Shown here in pieces: positions 47,834 to 50,559 of a stretch of 50,559 nucleotides of DNA. Position 1 is the stretch's first letter, and the number at the start of each line of letters is the position of its first letter. A program made the position numbers and the translations under genes. Source of the stretch: Lachnospiraceae bacterium (lineage in GTDB: Bacteria > Bacillota > Clostridia > Lachnospirales > Lachnospiraceae); the NCBI GenBank assembly GCA_030529705.1, contig JAUMWM010000002.1, positions 1 to 50,559 on the forward strand, given 5' to 3'. The notes under the pieces are model-generated. The model ran no database searches and was not told the DNA's origin. It saw only the letters and a program-made list of their open reading frames with translations.

Positions 47834-50308
47834 TTACTGTTTCTTACGCTTCTTAAGTACCACGAAGACCACTGCTGCGGCGGCAATTAGCAGGACCACG
47901 TACAACGCGATCGGCGAGTCATCGCCGGTCTTGGCTGCCGCGCTCTTGGATGTCGTCGTTGCCTTCGGCGTCGTCGTCGCGCTTGACGAGGTACTCTTGC
48001 TGGACACGGCAGTCGATGCGGCCGGTCTCGCTGTGAGAACTCTCCTGACAAGTGTGGACTCGGTTGACCTCTTGTCATTCTTAATCAGGTAGATTGTAAA
48101 CCCGTCCTGCTTCATAGTGGAGAGGTCCGTCTCAATCGCTCCGTCATCGCTGACCTTTATAATCATGTTGGCCGCTCTGTTGTAGCCCGTCGGCGCAGCG
48201 CGTTCAACCAGCAGATAGCTCTTGCCGCTCTCCATGTACGGTCCGAAGTCATGCGCCTCGTCCTTCTTCGAGGTCCAATCGTGAATCACGAGAGCCTTGC
48301 CGTCCGAGTCGGCGACGATCTTGTTGTCGCCCGTAATCTCGTACATTGCAAATGTACCCCCGTCGAGGCCCTCGCCCGTATCCCCCGCAACCTTCATAAT
48401 CAGGAAGGAAATCGGGCTGTCCGGAATCAGGTAGACTCCATTTGAGTCAGCTTCCAGCGAAGTCTCGATCGTTCCATCCGCCGAAGCCGTGACCGAAATG
48501 TCTTTCGTAATGCGGCCGAATCCTCTTGGAGCTTCCACTTCCTGAATGACGTAAGGAGTGCCGACTACCATCTTCGAGCCGACTGCATGAGCCTTCCCTG
48601 CTTCGGAGACCCATTTGTCGACCTCGGACAGGCTGCCGTCCGCCCCGACTTCGCACAGCGCGATCGTAGCGTTCGCAAGACCTTCGCCGGTGGCGGCATT
48701 TGTCTTCTTATAAGAAAAAGTAACTTCCGGCTTCGGATCAATTACCGGATCGGGTTTAGGCGTTATTACCGCCGGATCAGGAAGCGAAATTTCATCCTCG
48801 ATGATGAGCTCGACAAGGCCGTCTTTCTCTTCCGTCTTGCAGGTCGCCGTCACCTCTCCCGCTTCATCGACTGTAAACTCGCTGTTTTCCGCAAGCTCGT
48901 AGCCGTCCGGAGCTACGGACTCATGCAGGGTATACGTGCCCACTGCAAGACCTTCGATTTTCGTCGCTTCCGTACTCGAAGTCCACTCTTTTACAAGCTC
49001 GCCTTGGCCGTCGAATATGTGGAGGCTTGCGCCCGGCAGCAAACTGCCGCTACCCGCATCCCGCTTGGAGACATAGATGTCGGCCGTCACGACCTTCGGC
49101 TCATTCTTGACAACGATGACCTTGTTGCCATCTTCATCTTCCTGCGTCTCAGCTTCCGTGACCAGAACGCCCTTGGTATCTAAGGAAAACGTCACGTCCT
49201 CCGCCGGCTCGAATCCTTCGGGAGCTTTCGCCTCCTTCAGGGTGTATTCCTCGCCCGTTGCAAGGCCGGTTGCCTCGTAGGGTTCGCCGGAAGTCGTCCA
49301 TTCCTGCACTACGGTTCCGTCTTTGTCAAGAATCTGCATGGATGCGTCCGCCAGAGGATCGCCGGTGGCGCCGTAGATTTTGAGGATTTTTACGGATGTC
49401 TTCTTGCCCACGGACAGAGCCAGTTTTCCGCCCTCCGCCAGGTCCACGGTCTCGCCGGATGATGTCAGCTCGCCCTCTGCGCTGAGCGTGAGCGTGATGT
49501 CATCTGCCAGCGTATAGCCCTTCGGGGCGCTGATTTCTCTCAGCGTGTAAGTTCCCTCGGCAAGATCCTGGATTTCGTGCGGATTCTCATCGGACGTCCA
49601 GCGGTCCACCTGATTGCCTTCCGCGTCTTCAAGCTGGAGGTAAGCGCCCGCAAGACCCTTTAGTTGTTTCTTCTGGGTCTCGCTTTCGCCATCCTGCCCT
49701 TCGCCGTCTTGGCCCTCGCCTACCTGACCTTCCTCTTCTTGGTCCTCGCCTTCTTGGCCTTCGCTTTCCTGGTCTTCCTTGGGTTTTTGGTACTCAGCGT
49801 ATTCTTCCGCATCCACCTTCATGATCTGGATGGCGAACTTCGGGGGTTCGCTCGGCGTTCCCTCTCCTTCCCCTTCGCCGCCTACTACGAGTTCGCCTTC
49901 TGCGGCAGCCATGACTTCCAGCGGATTCTGGCCTGCGAATGCGTCCTCGTTGTTCTCTTCCGGATATTCTTCGGTATGCTCTTCGGAATACCCTTCGGAT
50001 TGCTCTTCAGTGTACGGTACGTCCTCTGTATACGTATCCTCAGTATACTCTCCGTTATCATAGGTATACTGTTCGACATACTCAATGTCGAGGCCGTCCG
50101 TATACTCCCCAGATGCCGCCTCCCCTTCGATAGCGTACCCGTCCACGTACCCATCGCCGTCATAGGCTACGCCTTCATCGGCAGCATACTCGTCAAATGC
50201 CTCCGGTCCTTCCTCCATGCCCGCTTCTGCCAGCGGCAAGACGGCCAGCGATACAATCATAAGGCAGACCGTGAGGAGGAGAGCCAGTATCTTTCTCATT
50301 CTATCCAT
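47834..50308 (-). CDS. Sortase-anchored SpaA-repeat surface protein, 824 aa
   Basis: Signal peptide; Glu/Tyr-rich acidic N-terminus; five SpaA-like domains; Thr/Ser linker; AKTGD, TM, KKRKK; RBS GAAAGGGG. Confidence 0.9.
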   Translation of the reverse strand: MDRMRKILALLLTVCLMIVSLAVLPLAEAGMEEGPEAFDEYAADEGVAYDGDGYVDGYAIEGEAASGEYTDGLDIEYVEQYTYDNGEYTEDTYTEDVPYTEEQSEGYSEEHTEEYPEENNEDAFAGQNPLEVMAAAEGELVVGGEGEGEGTPSEPPKFAIQIMKVDAEEYAEYQKPKEDQESEGQEGEDQEEEGQVGEGQDGEGQDGESETQKKQLKGLAGAYLQLEDAEGNQVDRWTSDENPHEIQDLAEGTYTLREISAPKGYTLADDITLTLSAEGELTSSGETVDLAEGGKLALSVGKKTSVKILKIYGATGDPLADASMQILDKDGTVVQEWTTSGEPYEATGLATGEEYTLKEAKAPEGFEPAEDVTFSLDTKGVLVTEAETQEDEDGNKVIVVKNEPKVVTADIYVSKRDAGSGSLLPGASLHIFDGQGELVKEWTSSTEATKIEGLAVGTYTLHESVAPDGYELAENSEFTVDEAGEVTATCKTEEKDGLVELIIEDEISLPDPAVITPKPDPVIDPKPEVTFSYKKTNAATGEGLANATIALCEVGADGSLSEVDKWVSEAGKAHAVGSKMVVGTPYVIQEVEAPRGFGRITKDISVTASADGTIETSLEADSNGVYLIPDSPISFLIMKVAGDTGEGLDGGTFAMYEITGDNKIVADSDGKALVIHDWTSKKDEAHDFGPYMESGKSYLLVERAAPTGYNRAANMIIKVSDDGAIETDLSTMKQDGFTIYLIKNDKRSTESTLVRRVLTARPAASTAVSSKSTSSSATTTPKATTTSKSAAAKTGDDSPIALYVVLLIAAAAVVFVVLKKRKKQ

Positions 50309-50443
50309 CCTATTCCCCTTTCCTTCGGGAGCGGATTATGATCCTCTCCGCATTTTTAACTCTCAAGGAGTATTTGCGGCATGTGCAACCTTGGCCTTTC
50401 ATTGAGCATAAATTCGGGCCATGTCATGCTTCAAAAAACACTT

Positions 50444-50487
50444 CCGCTACTATAGGCTATTCTACCAACAGACGACGAAAAAGACAA
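50444..50487 (-). promoter_or_regulatory. Promoter of the 824-aa surface protein gene
   Basis: TTGTCT (50487-50482), 17 bp, TAGAAT (50464-50459), then ATAGTAGCGG as in the giant adhesin promoter. Confidence 0.6.
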
Positions 50488-50559
50488 TCCTTCTTTTAAA
50501 AAAATTGCAGCACTGAAGAATAAATTTCAAGAGATGTAGGTATGCACCTAGCCATATCT

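Overview
Chromosomal window from a Gram-positive anaerobe, probably Lachnospiraceae/Clostridia-like (inferred from gene content and repeat types). The first ~7.5 kb holds tRNA-Gln(CTG), a DUF3574-like protein, a hybrid-binding-domain RNase HI, a secreted GH105 hydrolase, a truncated histidine-kinase pseudogene between palindromic elements, a UBA/DUF4342-like protein and a rhomboid protease. The remaining ~43 kb is a cell-surface island on the minus strand. It contains an 824-aa SpaA-repeat protein, a sortase-C pilus operon (3336-aa tip adhesin with a Cys-less CHAP-like domain, backbone pilin, sortase, basal pilin) and a ~7100-aa giant adhesin (25 CnaB, 3 FctA-like and 29 SpaA domains, counted by eye). 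A plus-strand cassette of two C5 methyltransferases, a putative PD-(D/E)XK nuclease and a 66-aa ORF lies between the giant adhesin and the pilus operon. Four observations stand out. (1) The giant adhesin looks like a chimera of the pilus-tip module and the 824-aa gene, sharing that gene's promoter, C-terminus and downstream REP. (2) Its SpaA stalk has a 6/12-domain super-repeat (about 1.83 kb and 3663 bp). (3) The tip CHAP domain has Asp at the catalytic Cys position. (4) The restriction-modification-like cassette has an unclassified nuclease-first protein. All family assignments come from motif recognition by eye; no searches were run.
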